Source: a virus (taxonomy: Duplodnaviria; Caudoviricetes). Taken from it: DNA of 25,777 bases. The position numbers were made by a program, and so were the translations under genes. Position 1 is the stretch's first letter. Each line of letters opens with the position of its first letter. Shown here one piece after another: positions 24,524-25,777 of this stretch. The stretch covers positions 1 through 25,777 of IMG/VR virus record IMGVR_UViG_3300012173_000082. One strand, written 5' to 3'. The notes under the pieces were generated by a model. It saw only the letters and a program-made list of their open reading frames with translations, was not told the origin of the DNA and ran no database searches.

Positions 24524-25777
24524 TTACTTAGTTCCAGCAATGGGTCCAGTTAATTGTTCTAGTCCGCTTATTCCACGTAGAATAGGATTAAACTTAACTC
24601 CCGGCTGGTCTGCATAAAGAGAGCGAAGGATTGCATTTTTTACTGTTACTTCTTTATTAAGTTGCACTGGACGTTTTTCTCCAATAAAACCGGTAGTAAT
24701 CTTAAGATTAGCAGTAAAATCTGTTTGTGGAATAATTGCCAGCCGCTGATATTGACGTTGAGTATTATTATCAGCTATAATTGCCGTAAAGATGGTAGAA
24801 ACTTCTACGGCTGCTTGTTCTACAGATAATTTTTTCTGTGCAACTAAAGATACTGCGGTATCATAGATTTGTTGAGAAGAAGTAGCAGCCATAGGATTTT
24901 TATCAAGAGCACTCATTACCTGCTTCCATATTTCAGTTTGAGCTACTACAGGAATAGCTCCAACTGCTTTTAGTGGAGCTGGAGAGAAAATACTTCCAGT
25001 ATCTAATATAACTCTACGTTCATCATCAATACGTTTTTTAAATTCCTTAGCTATAAACTCCGATTTTTTCTCCGGATTCATTCCTGCAATAGCTGGATTC
25101 TTTAGTGGATCTTGGATTCCAGCAAGCCAGTCGCTAAGTCTATCTTTTACTGTATTAAGTCCAGGAGTAAGGGCCATAGGAACACTGTTACTTACTCGAA
25201 GTGCTTCGAATATATTGCTGCCAAGACGTCCCTCTTGAATATCTGGATTCTCCAATAAAAAGGTTATTGCATTTTTCTGCTTACCGGTCATTTTATTATA
25301 TTGATCTACACTAATACGAGAGAGTCCAACCGTCTGAGTAAGTTTATCCAGAGCTTCTTGCATAAACTCTCGTTCACCTTGTTTACGTTCAAGTTCTTTC
25401 TTCCATTCAACTTGTCTTTCTTGGGCCATTCCGAGTTGAGCACGATCAATCTGTAGACGCTGTACTGCAATCTGTGCGCCTTGAAGTGCCACCACATCTT
25501 GGAACTGCTGATGAGTAGCTGCAAGACGAACATTAGCAAACTGCACTCCTTGAGATAGTGCTCGTTGATTAGCCTTTTCAGCTTCAACTATTGCACGCTG
25601 GAGTATACTATTACTTTGATTGGCAATAACAGCACTGGAGGTTGTAGCAGCAATAGCATTATTAGTTGCAACCTGCTCTTGAGTTTGATCTTGAAGATTC
25701 TTCAGATGAGAATCAAGAGTATTATATTGTGCTGCCGCAGTATTATAAGCGTTTATATCAGACGGCAAAGCAAACTG
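24524..25777 (-). CDS. Probable internal virion protein (partial; frame open to the right edge)
   Basis: Gln/Ala-rich coiled-coil-like sequence directly upstream of the 1692-aa gene; no stop between 25768 and 25777 in this frame. Confidence 0.7.
   Translation of the reverse strand, partial: QFALPSDINAYNTAAAQYNTLDSHLKNLQDQTQEQVATNNAIAATTSSAVIANQSNSILQRAIVEAEKANQRALSQGVQFANVRLAATHQQFQDVVALQGAQIAVQRLQIDRAQLGMAQERQVEWKKELERKQGEREFMQEALDKLTQTVGLSRISVDQYNKMTGKQKNAITFLLENPDIQEGRLGSNIFEALRVSNSVPMALTPGLNTVKDRLSDWLAGIQDPLKNPAIAGMNPEKKSEFIAKEFKKRIDDERRVILDTGSIFSPAPLKAVGAIPVVAQTEIWKQVMSALDKNPMAATSSQQIYDTAVSLVAQKKLSVEQAAVEVSTIFTAIIADNNTQRQYQRLAIIPQTDFTANLKITTGFIGEKRPVQLNKEVTVKNAILRSLYADQPGVKFNPILRGISGLEQLTGPIAGTK

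Overview
This is a ~26 kb segment of a dsDNA bacteriophage genome. It is AT-rich and has sigma70-type promoters, and I see no integrase, repressor, RNA polymerase or primase in the window. From left to right: (1) a leftward early operon (1-1693); (2) a ~1 kb non-coding control region with divergent sigma70 promoters, dense stem-loops and two mirror-symmetric arrays of 9-bp-phased repeats that look like a replication origin (1700-2750); (3) a rightward early/replication arm (2758-19463). This arm encodes many small hypothetical proteins, a RecD/Dda-like SF1B helicase fused to a SprT-like zinc metalloprotease, a DUF6011-like protein, a Cas4/AddB-like nuclease + Sak4-like ATPase + DUF669-like SSB module, an Nmad1/DUF1599-like protein, a family A DNA polymerase with His at the 762-equivalent position, a DUF3987-like AAA+ helicase and a DEDDh exonuclease; (4) two convergent large minus-strand genes that are probably podovirus-type internal virion (ejection) proteins. 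The best candidates for new biology are the helicase-SprT fusion, the origin-like region in an apparently primase-less replisome, a shared C-terminal [NT][LI]GL[DE](DL) tag on three unrelated proteins, and a pair of distant paralogues in opposite arms. All family names come from motif recognition by eye; no database search was run.
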